From assembly GCA_029259185.1 (NCBI GenBank), contig JAPDJF010000003.1, positions 40,022 to 104,021 of the forward strand: a stretch of 64,000 bases of DNA, given 5' to 3'. The position numbers were made by a program, and so were the translations under genes. The notes beneath the pieces are model-generated. The model saw only the letters and a program-made list of their open reading frames with translations. It had not been told where the DNA came from and did not search any database. Origin of the DNA: Hadesarchaea archaeon. Its GTDB lineage: Archaea > Hadarchaeota > Hadarchaeia > Hadarchaeales > WYZ-LMO6. Shown here in pieces: positions 1-9,766 of the stretch (positions are counted from its first letter, which is position 1; each line of letters begins with the position of its first letter).

Positions 1-16
1 TAGGAAAAGGAAACCG

Positions 17-1147
17 ATGAGGATTCCCGTCGGAATACTCGGTGCTACGGGCGAAGTGGGGCAGAAATTCGTGCTCAACCTGCAGGAGCATCCTTGGTTC
101 GAGATAGTGGGTTTGTACGCCTCCAAGCGGTCTGCAGGAAGGACCTATGGGAAGGCTTTGAATTATGGGGAAGAGACCTCTAGGTGGTTCTGTGCAGGGG
201 AGCCCAAGCGGGATATATTGGATATCCAGGTTGGCAATGTGGACGAACCGGATGAGGGTATAGATCTATTCTTTTCTGCCCTGCCTTCGGAGGCTGCGTT
301 GGACGTAGAAGGGAAAATCGCGAAAAAAAAACCCGTGATCAGTACGGCCTCTGCGTACAGATACTTTGACGATAGCTTCGTGTTCCTTCCCGGGGTTAAC
401 GAGTCCCATGCCGGGATGATAAAGATCCAACGAGAAAGGAGAGGGTGGAAAGGTTTCGTAGTGCCCCAGCCGAATTGTACTACGATAGGACTCGCTATGT
501 CCCTCAAGCCCATATATGCAGACTTTGGGCTCCGGCGAGTTATCATGGTGTCCATGCAGGCGGTTTCCGGAGCGGGATACGAGGCGGTGGGTAAGTGGGC
601 GGAGCAAAGAAAGATTCAGGGAATCGAGCTTCCCCGGCCGCTAGAGGAGTTCATCCCCAACACCTTCGAGGGGAATGTTATCCCTCATATACCAAAAGAG
701 GAGGAGAAGGTAAAGCGTGAAACTCTGAAGCTCCTCGGGGAGTTCGATGGGGAGAGGATAAAGCAAGCGAGCTTTCAGATAGCTTGTAAATGCAATCGCG
801 TCCCCGTGCTTGAGGGGCACACGGAATCCGTGTTCATCGAGACCGAGAGGAAGTGTGGTGTGAACGAGCTGAAGGAGAGCTGGAGAAAATACCGGGGTGA
901 GGCTCAGAGACTGAACCTCCCTTCCGCTTCTCCTCATCCGATTGTGGTCAAAGATGAAGTCGATAGGCCCCAACCGAGATTCGATGCCAACACAGAGGGT
1001 GGGATGTGTGTAGTCATCGGTGGGGTCGAAAGCAACGTTTTCGAAAATGGCTTCCAGTACACCGTGCTTTCACACAACACAGAACTTGGTGCGGCGAAGG
1101 GGGCTGTGCTGGCTGCGGAGTATTTGCTCAAAACAGGATGGATCTAA
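17..1147 (+). CDS. asd: aspartate-semialdehyde dehydrogenase (archaeal type)
   Basis: N-terminal GILGATGEVGQ Rossmann motif, catalytic PNCTT, QAVSGAG, C-terminal SHNTELGAAKG. Confidence 0.95.
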   Translation: MRIPVGILGATGEVGQKFVLNLQEHPWFEIVGLYASKRSAGRTYGKALNYGEETSRWFCAGEPKRDILDIQVGNVDEPDEGIDLFFSALPSEAALDVEGKIAKKKPVISTASAYRYFDDSFVFLPGVNESHAGMIKIQRERRGWKGFVVPQPNCTTIGLAMSLKPIYADFGLRRVIMVSMQAVSGAGYEAVGKWAEQRKIQGIELPRPLEEFIPNTFEGNVIPHIPKEEEKVKRETLKLLGEFDGERIKQASFQIACKCNRVPVLEGHTESVFIETERKCGVNELKESWRKYRGEAQRLNLPSASPHPIVVKDEVDRPQPRFDANTEGGMCVVIGGVESNVFENGFQYTVLSHNTELGAAKGAVLAAEYLLKTGWI

Positions 1148-1219
1148 GACCATACTGGATTTAGAACATCTCAATAGCTTTTGAAAGCATCTCCTGGACT
1201 CAAGACCAGATGTCTAGGA

Positions 1220-1378
1220 TGGTAGCGGGGGCTGGACTTGAACCAGCGACTTCCGGCACCCACGTTTTGCGCGGGCGTCTCCGGGTCTCGCAGAGGTTTG
1301 GGTTCTCCTATGAGCCCGGCGGGCACTCCACGCTGCCTTGGGGGCAGAGTAGGTGCTCTACTTCTGCTCTACCCCGCT
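1220..1378 (-). tRNA. initiator tRNA-Met(CAT) with three introns (about 10/11, 37/38, 45/46), CCA encoded
   Basis: Removing 1368-1338, 1308-1287 and 1278-1251 gives a 78-nt cloverleaf AGCGGGG TA GGGC AGCGTGGAGT GCCC G CCGGG CTCATAA CCCGG AGGTC GCTGG TTCAAGT CCAGC CCCCGCT A CCA. It has the A1-U72 pair and GGG/CCC anticodon stem typical of archaeal initiators. Confidence 0.92.
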
Positions 1379-1495
1379 ACAATAACTCCCCGCTACCGTA
1401 GGTTGGTTTTACTTCTCGGGATAAATGATTTACGTATCCACCTCAGGCTCCCTAAGGGCATCTCCACTTAAATAACTGGAAGAGAGACTGAGCTT

Positions 1496-2416
1496 GTGGA
1501 AACCGTAGTGTATCTTTGTATCCTCTTGGCTAGCATCGCGCTGATCTGGAGAGCTGGAGATATTTTTGTAGATTCTGCTTGTGAGATCGCGCGTGGGTTG
1601 GGGATCTCCCGTGCTGTTGTTGGCTTGACGCTCGTAAGCTTCGCCACGACCGCCCCCGAGTTCGCTACTTCGACGATAGCAACAGCAACGGGAAGCGTGG
1701 GGATGGCCTATGGGAATGCCGTGGGGTCGGTCATCACGAACATGGGGCTCATCCTCGCTTTGGCCACCATTCTGTCAACGATAAAGATTGAAAAGGGAAG
1801 CTCGAAATGGGGGGGAACGATGTTGGGGTTAGGAATCATGGCCGTTTTCATGACGCTGGATTTCGAACTCGCCCGCATTGAAGCGTCCCTGTTGTTTTTG
1901 GTTACCCTGTTGTTCCTGCTCGTCGTGTCGGTGAAAAACAGTGGGGGTGGAGGTGGGAGAGAAAAGGTTTACCTTCCAAAGGTATTTTCACTATTCGTCT
2001 TAGGCGCCGCTGGAGTCGTGGTGGGGAGCAGGCTACTCGTCTTTTCGGGGGTCGAACTCGCATCCTCCTTGGGGGTATCAGAGGCCGTGATAGGGTTCAC
2101 GCTCATCGCGTTCGGAACCTCCGTCCCAGAGTTGACTACAGCTTTGATCTCCGTCTCGAAGAAGGTTCCCGAGCTATCGCTCGGAAACATCTTGGGGGCG
2201 AATATAATGGATTTGGGATGGGTACTTGGGGTGGCAGGGATCATAAGTCCACTTACCGTTGAATCAAACACTTTAGCGTTTGGAAACTCAGTAATGCTTT
2301 TGGCCATGGTTATCCTGCTTGTCTCTCTCACACGAAACAAACGATTGGGACGTCTCACCGGGTGCATGCTATTGGGATTGTACGGGATTTATCTGCTCGG
2401 GATGATTATTCTGTAG
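1496..2416 (+). CDS. CaCA family calcium/sodium antiporter (YrbG-like)
   Basis: Two alpha repeats (ATTAPE..GNAVGS, GTSVPE..GNILGAN), about 10 TM segments. Confidence 0.9.
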   Translation: METVVYLCILLASIALIWRAGDIFVDSACEIARGLGISRAVVGLTLVSFATTAPEFATSTIATATGSVGMAYGNAVGSVITNMGLILALATILSTIKIEKGSSKWGGTMLGLGIMAVFMTLDFELARIEASLLFLVTLLFLLVVSVKNSGGGGGREKVYLPKVFSLFVLGAAGVVVGSRLLVFSGVELASSLGVSEAVIGFTLIAFGTSVPELTTALISVSKKVPELSLGNILGANIMDLGWVLGVAGIISPLTVESNTLAFGNSVMLLAMVILLVSLTRNKRLGRLTGCMLLGLYGIYLLGMIIL

Positions 2417-2435
2417 TCTTTCTCCGAATCTGTAA

Positions 2436-2471
2436 TGTACAAAAGTGTACTACAAAGTATTAAAAAGTACA
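2436..2471 (+). promoter_or_regulatory. four phased TRP-box-like operators overlapping the trp operon TATA box
   Basis: TGTACA(2436) N4 TGTACT(2446) N4 AGTATT(2456) N4 AGTACA(2466), overlapping TATTAAAAA just upstream of trpE; resembles TrpY TRP boxes (TGTACA). Confidence 0.7.
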
Positions 2472-2489
2472 ACAAAGAAAGAAAAGGAG

Positions 2490-3968
2490 ATGAGGGGACT
2501 GGGAGAGAGCACGACCGTAGACATGGTAAAAGCGATGGTGGATGAGCTTGAGAGACCTTGTATAGTTCCCATGATAGCACGCGTCCAAGGGTACAAGGAT
2601 CCAGCTAAGGTATACTTTAGCGTCCGTAGGAGATCCTCTGTCTCCTATCTGCTTGAGTCAGCGGAGATAGCTGGAGGGACCGCCCGTTATTCCGTCATAG
2701 GATATGATCCTCTGTTACATCTCAAAGTCAAGGGGAAAAGATACTTACTCGAAGGGAGAAAGGAGCTGGCAGATATGGGGAGCAAGAGGGGGGTGGGGGG
2801 GGACGCGCTGGAGGTTCTGAAAAGGATGTTTCTTTTCGATGAACTCGAGGTGCCGAGACTGAAGCCGGGGTACTTGGTGTCCGCGGTCGGATACGTGGGA
2901 TATGACTACGTGCGTTCTTTCTTGGACCTGGGGGGACGAGCTAAAGACGATTTGGGGCAACCCGAGCTAGAGTTTTCGCTCCCCGGCAAAGTGATCGTCT
3001 TCGATCACGCGCGTGGGGAGACCATCTACTGTGTGAACACACTCCTTTCGGAGAACTCCGATTTCCAAGAAGTCTGTCACAGGGGAAAGATCGTATTGAA
3101 GGAAATGATGAAGGTGGGTGAAATTGAACCTCAAGAGAAAAGGAGGAAGATCAGGGTGAGGTCTAACCTCACGGCGAGAGAGTTTGGGAGAGCAGTAGAA
3201 ATAGCCAAGCAGTACATCCACGAGGGAGATGTCATCCAAGTTGTACTCTCCAGGAGGATTGAGCTAGATCCCGCACCCCCTCTCGAATCGTTTTACGTTA
3301 ACCTGCGCAGGATAAATCCTTCTCCGTACATGTTTTTCCTCGATTTTCCTGAGCGAAGCGTGATAGGATCCAGTCCTGAGGTTCAGGTGAAGCTGGATGG
3401 AGAGAGGGTAACGGTTCGCCCTATAGCGGGGACGAGGAGAAGGGGGGCGAATCCAAGCGAGGATGGAAGGCTGGAGCGGGAACTCCTGATGGATGAAAAA
3501 GAGAGAGCGGAGCACGTGATGCTCGTCGATCTCGCGAGGAACGATGTGGGGAAGATATCAAGGTTTGGTTCCGTGAAGGTTACGGAGTTCATGAGGGTGG
3601 AGAAGTACAGCCATGTCCAGCACCTAGTTTCGAACGTTGTAGGAGAACTCTCGCCGGGGAGAGACGCTTTTGACGCTTTTAAAGCGACCTTTCCGGCCGG
3701 GACCGTTACGGGTGCCCCAAAGGTCAGGGCAATGGAAATAATCGAAGAGCTTGAGGGAACGCAGAGGGGAATCTATGCCGGTGCTGTGGGCTCCTTCAGT
3801 TATATAGGGGACATGGACTTCGCCATAGCTATCAGAACTTTGATCGCGGAGCGAGGGAGGGGATACGTACAAGTTGGTGCGGGTGTGGTCGCGGACTCAG
3901 TTGGGTGGAAAGAGCACTATGAAACGAAAAATAAGGCCAAAGCATTGCTCCGTGCGGCGGGGATCTAG
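2490..3968 (+). CDS. trpE: anthranilate synthase component I
   Basis: LLES, NPSPYMFF, PIAGTRRRG, KERAEHVMLVDLARND, FPAGTVTGAPKVRAM; start taken at ATG 2490, the first ATG downstream of the TATA box. Confidence 0.95.
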   Translation: MRGLGESTTVDMVKAMVDELERPCIVPMIARVQGYKDPAKVYFSVRRRSSVSYLLESAEIAGGTARYSVIGYDPLLHLKVKGKRYLLEGRKELADMGSKRGVGGDALEVLKRMFLFDELEVPRLKPGYLVSAVGYVGYDYVRSFLDLGGRAKDDLGQPELEFSLPGKVIVFDHARGETIYCVNTLLSENSDFQEVCHRGKIVLKEMMKVGEIEPQEKRRKIRVRSNLTAREFGRAVEIAKQYIHEGDVIQVVLSRRIELDPAPPLESFYVNLRRINPSPYMFFLDFPERSVIGSSPEVQVKLDGERVTVRPIAGTRRRGANPSEDGRLERELLMDEKERAEHVMLVDLARNDVGKISRFGSVKVTEFMRVEKYSHVQHLVSNVVGELSPGRDAFDAFKATFPAGTVTGAPKVRAMEIIEELEGTQRGIYAGAVGSFSYIGDMDFAIAIRTLIAERGRGYVQVGAGVVADSVGWKEHYETKNKAKALLRAAGI

Positions 3969-4544
3969 ATGCGGGTCGTCGTCATAGACAATATAGATTC
4001 CTTTGTTTACAACCTCGTCCAGTATATTGGTGAACTCGGGGCCAAACCGGTGGTGTTCACCAATCGAGTTCCCATTCGAGAGATCAAGAAGGCCAAACCC
4101 GATCGGATAGTGATCTCCCCGGGGCCTAGGACACCCAAGGACGCAGGGATTTCGGTAGGGGCCGTGCGCGAGTTGGGGGAGAAGATACCCATCTTGGGTG
4201 TGTGTTTGGGACACCAATCCATAGCCTACGCTTTCGGTGCGCGGGTGGTGAAAGCTAAGCGGATAATGCACGGGAAGACCTCACGAATAAGGCATGATGG
4301 TTGCCCTCTCTTCAAAGGCGTGCCCAACCCATTTGAGGCAACGCGTTATCATTCCCTCGTGGTGGATGGTGGGAGCCTGCCAGAGTGTCTGCGTGTTACG
4401 GCTCTGACCGATGATGAGTATGGGGAGATCATGGGAATAAGGCATGAGAAGTTTCCCGTGTTCGGGGTCCAGTTCCATCCGGAGTCCATTCTCACTCCAA
4501 ACGGGAAGACCATCATCAAAAACTTCTTGGAGGTGGAGCCGTGA
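3969..4544 (+). CDS. trpG: anthranilate synthase component II (glutamine amidotransferase)
   Basis: IDNIDSFVYNL, SPGP, GVCLGHQ, QFHPES. Confidence 0.95.
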   Translation: MRVVVIDNIDSFVYNLVQYIGELGAKPVVFTNRVPIREIKKAKPDRIVISPGPRTPKDAGISVGAVRELGEKIPILGVCLGHQSIAYAFGARVVKAKRIMHGKTSRIRHDGCPLFKGVPNPFEATRYHSLVVDGGSLPECLRVTALTDDEYGEIMGIRHEKFPVFGVQFHPESILTPNGKTIIKNFLEVEP

Positions 4545-5611
4545 ATCCAATCCAGCTTGCCATCCGAAAGCTCGTGGAAAGAGTTAACCTCACTGGAGGA
4601 GAGGCCAAAGAGGCGATGAAACAAATAATGTCGGGCGAAGCAACGCCAGCCCAGATAGGAGCATTTCTCACGGCACTGAGGATGAAAGGGGAGACCGTGG
4701 AGGAGATCGCAGCTTTTGCAAGCGTTATGAGAGAATTCGCTTACAGGATAAGTCCGAGGATCAGAGATGAACTCGTTGACACATGCGGAACGGGAGGGGA
4801 TAAGATTAAAACTTTTAATGTGAGTACTGCTGCAGCCTTCGTAGCCGCAGGGGCTGAGGTGTTCATAGCGAAGCACGGAAACCGATCGGTGACGAGCAGA
4901 GCGGGTAGTGCTGATGTGGTTGAAGTCCTTGGAATCAAGCTCGACCTCCCGCCCGAGAGGGTTCAGAGGTGTATTGAGGAGGTAGGGATAGGGTTCCTCT
5001 TCGCCCCCCAGTTTCACAGAGCTATGGGTCACGCAATCGGTCCCCGGAAGGAAATGGGCATACGTACGGTCTTCAATATCTTGGGTCCTTTAACGAACCC
5101 GGCACGCTGTAGTGCCCAACTCGTGGGTGTTTATGATCCTTCTCTTACCGAAAAGCTCGCAGAAGTCCTCGCGAGGCTCGGGTGTAAGCGCGCGATGGTG
5201 GTTTCGGGGGTTGATGGTATAGACGAACTCTCGACCTTGGGTGAGACGAGGGTCTCGGAGGTGAGGGATGGCAGAGTTTTCACCTATACGGTGAGCCCAG
5301 AGGATTTCGGAATCGAGAGGACTATCCCCGCGAATATCGCGGGAATGGATCCTGAGCGTAATGCGAGGATCTTACTCAAAATTCTACGTGGAGAAAGAGG
5401 GCCGAGGAGGGATATAGTGGTGCTCAATGCCGGTGCAGCCATAACCGTGAGTGGGAAAACGGAGGATCTGAGAGATGGGATAGAGATGGCGAATGAAGCC
5501 ATAGATTCGGGTAAGGCCTATCGAAAACTCCTCCAATTGGTGGAAGCCACGGGCGGTGATCCTCAGACGATCAAAACACTGGAGGAGGGGTTAGATGAAC
5601 GTGCTAGATGA
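4541..5611 (+). CDS. trpD: anthranilate phosphoribosyltransferase
   Basis: DTCGTGGD, KHGNRSVTS, RTVFNILGPL. Confidence 0.95.
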   Translation: MNPIQLAIRKLVERVNLTGGEAKEAMKQIMSGEATPAQIGAFLTALRMKGETVEEIAAFASVMREFAYRISPRIRDELVDTCGTGGDKIKTFNVSTAAAFVAAGAEVFIAKHGNRSVTSRAGSADVVEVLGIKLDLPPERVQRCIEEVGIGFLFAPQFHRAMGHAIGPRKEMGIRTVFNILGPLTNPARCSAQLVGVYDPSLTEKLAEVLARLGCKRAMVVSGVDGIDELSTLGETRVSEVRDGRVFTYTVSPEDFGIERTIPANIAGMDPERNARILLKILRGERGPRRDIVVLNAGAAITVSGKTEDLRDGIEMANEAIDSGKAYRKLLQLVEATGGDPQTIKTLEEGLDERAR

Positions 5612-6359
5612 GATAGTGAGAAAGGTTAGAGCGAGGACCAAGGAACTGGCCGAGGCAAGACCCATCTCTTCGATGAATATTCCGAAGTATAAGAGGCGTA
5701 GCTTGGTCTCGGCGATAGAGAAAGCTTGGAAGGTAGCCCTTATAGGGGAGATAAAGAGGGCCTCTCCTTCTGCTGGAGTTATACGTTCAGGAGTCGATGT
5801 GGTCGATGTGGGGCTCGCCATCGAGAGAGGTGGCGGAACTGCGATTTCGGTGCTTACCGAGCCGGAGTACTTCATGGGGGATTTGTCCTCGATCAAGCTC
5901 TTGAAGAATGTGGTGAGGGTTCCGATACTCCGTAAAGATTTCATCGTGGAGGAGTATCAGCTTTACGAATCCGCTGAAGCTCAAGCTGATGCCGTGCTCC
6001 TCATAGTTAAGATCTTGGGGAAAAGATTGCCTAGATTTCTTGAACTCACTCACGAGCTAGGAATGGAAGGACTCGTAGAAGTCACCACCGAAGAGGAGTT
6101 GGATCTTGCTCTCTCGGCTGGAGCTGAACTCATTGGAATCAACAACAGGGACTTAAGCACTTTTGAGGTGAATGTGGAGCGAACTCTCGAACTTGCCCCA
6201 TTAGTTCCTGAAGAAGTGGTCCTAGTAAGCGAGAGTGGCATCAGGTCTCGTGAAGATGTGGAAAGGGTCGTGAATGCGGGCGTCGATGCCGTGCTCGTGG
6301 GGACCTCTCTGATGCGGGCTAAAAACATTGAGAAAAAGGTGAGATCCCTACTAGGGTGA
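5595..6359 (+). CDS. trpC: indole-3-glycerol phosphate synthase
   Basis: EIKRASPS, ISVLTEP, LRKDFI, GINNRDL, SESGI. Confidence 0.95.
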   Translation: MNVLDEIVRKVRARTKELAEARPISSMNIPKYKRRSLVSAIEKAWKVALIGEIKRASPSAGVIRSGVDVVDVGLAIERGGGTAISVLTEPEYFMGDLSSIKLLKNVVRVPILRKDFIVEEYQLYESAEAQADAVLLIVKILGKRLPRFLELTHELGMEGLVEVTTEEELDLALSAGAELIGINNRDLSTFEVNVERTLELAPLVPEEVVLVSESGIRSREDVERVVNAGVDAVLVGTSLMRAKNIEKKVRSLLG

Positions 6360-6363
6360 AGAT

Positions 6364-7011
6364 GTGGTGAAAGTCAAAATATGTGGGTTCAAAAGGGAGA
6401 GAGACGTGAGGGCGGCATGTAATATGGGGGTTGATATGATAGGCATAAATCTCGTGCTTGGGTCCCCTAGACGTGTAACACTAGGAACGGCGAAGAAGCT
6501 TTTCGAGGTAGTCCCGAGGGAAGTAAAAAAGGTTGCCGTGCTTAGACCTAGAGAGCCCTGGGAAATAGAGAAAGTTTCTGTGAGACTCAAGCCGGATGTC
6601 CTTCAAATTAATCCGCAGTTCTCCCTCTCCAAGCTAATGGGGGTGAAGATGGGGGGTGGGGAAGAGCTGATTCTCACTATTTCGATTCCATCCAGCGGAG
6701 TGAATCGTGGGGAGGTGATTAGAAAAGCTCTCGAGGCTAGTAGGATAGCGGACTACATACTGCTTGATACGAGAGGACCAATTGGAGGTGGCACCGGGTT
6801 GCCTCACGACTGGACACTGAGTGGAGAGATACGGAAGATGTTGAAGAAACCGGTTTTCTTGGCCGGGGGACTCACACATTCCAATGTACGGAAGGCGATC
6901 GAAATCGTCCGACCTTACGGAGTGGATGTGGCGAGCGGGGTCGAATCCAAGCCCGGAATAAAAGATCCAGAACTCATGTATAAATTCGTGAAGGCCGTGA
7001 GGAGTCCATGA
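6364..7011 (+). CDS. trpF: phosphoribosylanthranilate isomerase
   Basis: VKICG, LLDT..GGGTG..HDW, LAGGL, DVASGVE. Confidence 0.93.
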   Translation: MVKVKICGFKRERDVRAACNMGVDMIGINLVLGSPRRVTLGTAKKLFEVVPREVKKVAVLRPREPWEIEKVSVRLKPDVLQINPQFSLSKLMGVKMGGGEELILTISIPSSGVNRGEVIRKALEASRIADYILLDTRGPIGGGTGLPHDWTLSGEIRKMLKKPVFLAGGLTHSNVRKAIEIVRPYGVDVASGVESKPGIKDPELMYKFVKAVRSP

Positions 7012-7113
7012 TGTTAATATCCTCTGTCCCTCCGAAGTTCAGCGGTACCAGCTTCGAGATCAGAAGATCGCGAGCGAGTACTAGCTCTCCTCCGAGGCTC
7101 GACTTAGAATTGG

Positions 7114-8349
7114 GTGAGGAGGGATGATGTGTCCTCGCGAACGATAAACTGGGCGCGACTTACGAGGAGATATCCGGATCATCGTGGATACTTTGGGCCC
7201 TATGGTGGAAAATTCGTACCGGAGACCTTAATGTCAGCTCTTGAGGAACTCGAGAGATACTACTTGAAGATCAAAAAAAGCAAAAGGTTTCAGCGAGAAC
7301 TTCAAGCGTTGCTGAGGGAGTATGGGGGCAGGCCTACTCCTCTCTACCATGCTAAGAGGTTAAGCGAACTGATCGGTTCCAAACTGTACTTGAAAAGGGA
7401 AGACCTGTTGTTCGGCGGTGCACATAAACTCAACAACACGCTAGGGCAAGCGCTTCTGGCCAAATATATGGGGAAGAAGCGCATAGTCGCGGAGACCGGG
7501 GCGGGACAACACGGGGTCGCCACCGCCACGGCCGCTGCCATGCTCGGTTTGGAGTGTGATATCTATATGGGTGTCACGGACATGGAGCGACAGAAACTTA
7601 ACGTGTTCCGGATGCGGTTGCTGGGGGCCAGGGTGATCCCGGTCAAGAGCGGTTCCCGCACCCTGAAGGATGCCATAAATGAAGCTCTTCGGGATTGGAC
7701 GACGAACGTCGAGACCACCCACTATTTGCTCGGCTCCGTGGTCGGACCTCACCCTTATCCGATGATCGTGAGAGATTTTCAGCGGGTAATCGGTCGGGAG
7801 ACCAAGAAACAGATTCTAAAGCATGAAGGGCGACTACCAGATGCAATCGTAGCCTGTGTTGGTGGGGGGAGCAACGCCATCGGGATATTCTATGATTTTC
7901 TAGATGACCCTGTTCAACTCTTCGGTATCGAGGCTGGAGGAGAGGGGCTTGAAACAAACATGCATGCCGCTCCTCTCTGTGCCGGTTCTGAAGGTGTTCT
8001 TCATGGGTCACGGAGCTACGTTATGCAGGATCGATTCGGACAGATTCTCCAGACCCACAGCATCGCTGCTGGGTTAGACTATCCAGGTGTAGGACCGGAG
8101 CACGCTTTTCTGAAGCTTCGGGGGAGGGTGAAGTATGACTACGTTACGGATGGGGAGGCCTTAGAAGCGTTTAGGATCGTATCGAAAACCGAAGGGATCA
8201 TCCCTGCCCTTGAGTCGGCCCACGCGATAGCCTACCTGAGGAAGAGAGCCTCCAAATTCAGGGGCAAGCTTGTGGTAGTTAACCTCTCGGGGAGGGGGGA
8301 TAAGGATGTGGAACTTGTGGCGAAAACTTTGGGGGGATCTAAGGATTGA
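7114..8349 (+). CDS. trpB: tryptophan synthase beta chain (TrpB1)
   Basis: [50 protein letters not shown]; exact start uncertain. Confidence 0.96.
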   Translation: MRRDDVSSRTINWARLTRRYPDHRGYFGPYGGKFVPETLMSALEELERYYLKIKKSKRFQRELQALLREYGGRPTPLYHAKRLSELIGSKLYLKREDLLFGGAHKLNNTLGQALLAKYMGKKRIVAETGAGQHGVATATAAAMLGLECDIYMGVTDMERQKLNVFRMRLLGARVIPVKSGSRTLKDAINEALRDWTTNVETTHYLLGSVVGPHPYPMIVRDFQRVIGRETKKQILKHEGRLPDAIVACVGGGSNAIGIFYDFLDDPVQLFGIEAGGEGLETNMHAAPLCAGSEGVLHGSRSYVMQDRFGQILQTHSIAAGLDYPGVGPEHAFLKLRGRVKYDYVTDGEALEAFRIVSKTEGIIPALESAHAIAYLRKRASKFRGKLVVVNLSGRGDKDVELVAKTLGGSKD

Positions 8350-9161
8350 GTCGAATAGCGGAAAAATTTGAGGAACTCCGGAGAAGAGGAGAGGGTGCGC
8401 TCATAGCATTCATCACCGCGGGGGATCCGGCACCAGAAATAACCCCTTCGATCGTTCAGGTGTTAGCTAAACATGCTGATGTTGTGGAGTTGGGGTTGCC
8501 TTTTTCCGATCCCATAGCGGATGGACCAACTATCCAAGAAGCCACGGATAGAGCCCTGAGAGCCGGGACAGACACCGATACGGTGCTCGAGATCGTTAAG
8601 GAAATCCGAGAAGGGAGCGATGTGCCACTTGTGATTCTCACGTATTTCAACCCAGTACTACAATTCGGTATCCGGGAATTCTTAAGCAGGTTAGCTCACA
8701 TGGGGGGCGATGGGATAATCGTGCCCGACCTCCCCATAGACGAGTCCGGAGAGTTTAGGAAGATCGCGAGGGAGGTGGGAATCGATACCATTCAACTCGT
8801 GGCACCCACCACTCCACCTTCGCGCGTGAAGACTATATGTGAAAGATCGAGTGGCTTCGTGTACGTGGTGTCCTTGTTGGGTGTCACGGGGCCGAGAGAA
8901 AGGCTCTCTGAACTCGTGAGGCCGACGATCAAGAAGGTAAAGAGGCTTTCGAAAATACCAATAGCTGTGGGGTTCGGTATCTCAAAACCTGAGCACGTGA
9001 GGGCCGTGCTGGACGCTGGAGCGGATGGAGCTATAGTGGGCAGCGCGTTCGTTAAACTCATCAAGGAGAATCTCAGCGATGTCGGAAAAATGTTGGAGGA
9101 GCTGGAAACCTTTAGTGCGGACCTGAAGAGGGCAACGAAGAAGTTGGCAAAGTTTAAATGA
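8346..9161 (+). CDS. trpA: tryptophan synthase alpha chain
   Basis: [38 protein letters not shown]. Confidence 0.96.
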   Translation: MSRIAEKFEELRRRGEGALIAFITAGDPAPEITPSIVQVLAKHADVVELGLPFSDPIADGPTIQEATDRALRAGTDTDTVLEIVKEIREGSDVPLVILTYFNPVLQFGIREFLSRLAHMGGDGIIVPDLPIDESGEFRKIAREVGIDTIQLVAPTTPPSRVKTICERSSGFVYVVSLLGVTGPRERLSELVRPTIKKVKRLSKIPIAVGFGISKPEHVRAVLDAGADGAIVGSAFVKLIKENLSDVGKMLEELETFSADLKRATKKLAKFK

Positions 9162-9205
9162 ATAAATATAAGTGTAGAGAGGACATATCACGGATGACTG
9201 AATAG

Positions 9206-9766
9206 GTGGTTTTCACGAAGGAGGGAGTACTCAAACTGTCTTTGACCGCACTTTCGATAATCCTTTGGATTGCACCTCTTATCGCCGCCTTCGGGGCGAG
9301 TGGATGGGACCTGCAGACCACGCTCGCACCCCGAGAAGACATCGAATCCCTAACGAGCAGGACTGAGAGCATCGTCACCAGCCTCGAGGATGTGAGGAAT
9401 TCCATCGAGAACGCTTGGGTTGGGTGGACGGATGAGCTAACCTTAGAGGTCAAGATCTCCCTAAGCGTACCGGAGGGAAATGTGAGGATAGATAACTTCT
9501 CGGCTAATGCGTATTGTGCTACACACGATGTATTCCTGGGGACGATCAAACTTCAAGCCCCCGTTGAACTTTCTCCTGAGACGAGCGGGGAGGTGGCCAT
9601 AGTTTTAACACTGACACGAGAGGGCAAGGCCCACATCGACTCCGCACACGGTGGAGAAAACTCGTTGGAGATCAGAATTGAAAACTTGCAAGTAGCGATC
9701 TACGGTATTAAGGTCTCTATCGGAGAGTCATTAGTGGTTACAATTCCACTGGGGGAGACGGTATGA
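9206..9766 (+). CDS. hypothetical membrane-anchored beta-rich protein (possible LEA/WHy-like fold)
   Basis: N-terminal TM helix, then alternating beta-strand pattern; overlaps next gene (ATGA). Confidence 0.6.
   Translation: MVFTKEGVLKLSLTALSIILWIAPLIAAFGASGWDLQTTLAPREDIESLTSRTESIVTSLEDVRNSIENAWVGWTDELTLEVKISLSVPEGNVRIDNFSANAYCATHDVFLGTIKLQAPVELSPETSGEVAIVLTLTREGKAHIDSAHGGENSLEIRIENLQVAIYGIKVSIGESLVVTIPLGETV

Noticed and set aside
1210-1471. ORFs of 63 and 77 aa
   Set aside because: Shadow ORFs antisense to the intron-containing tRNA.
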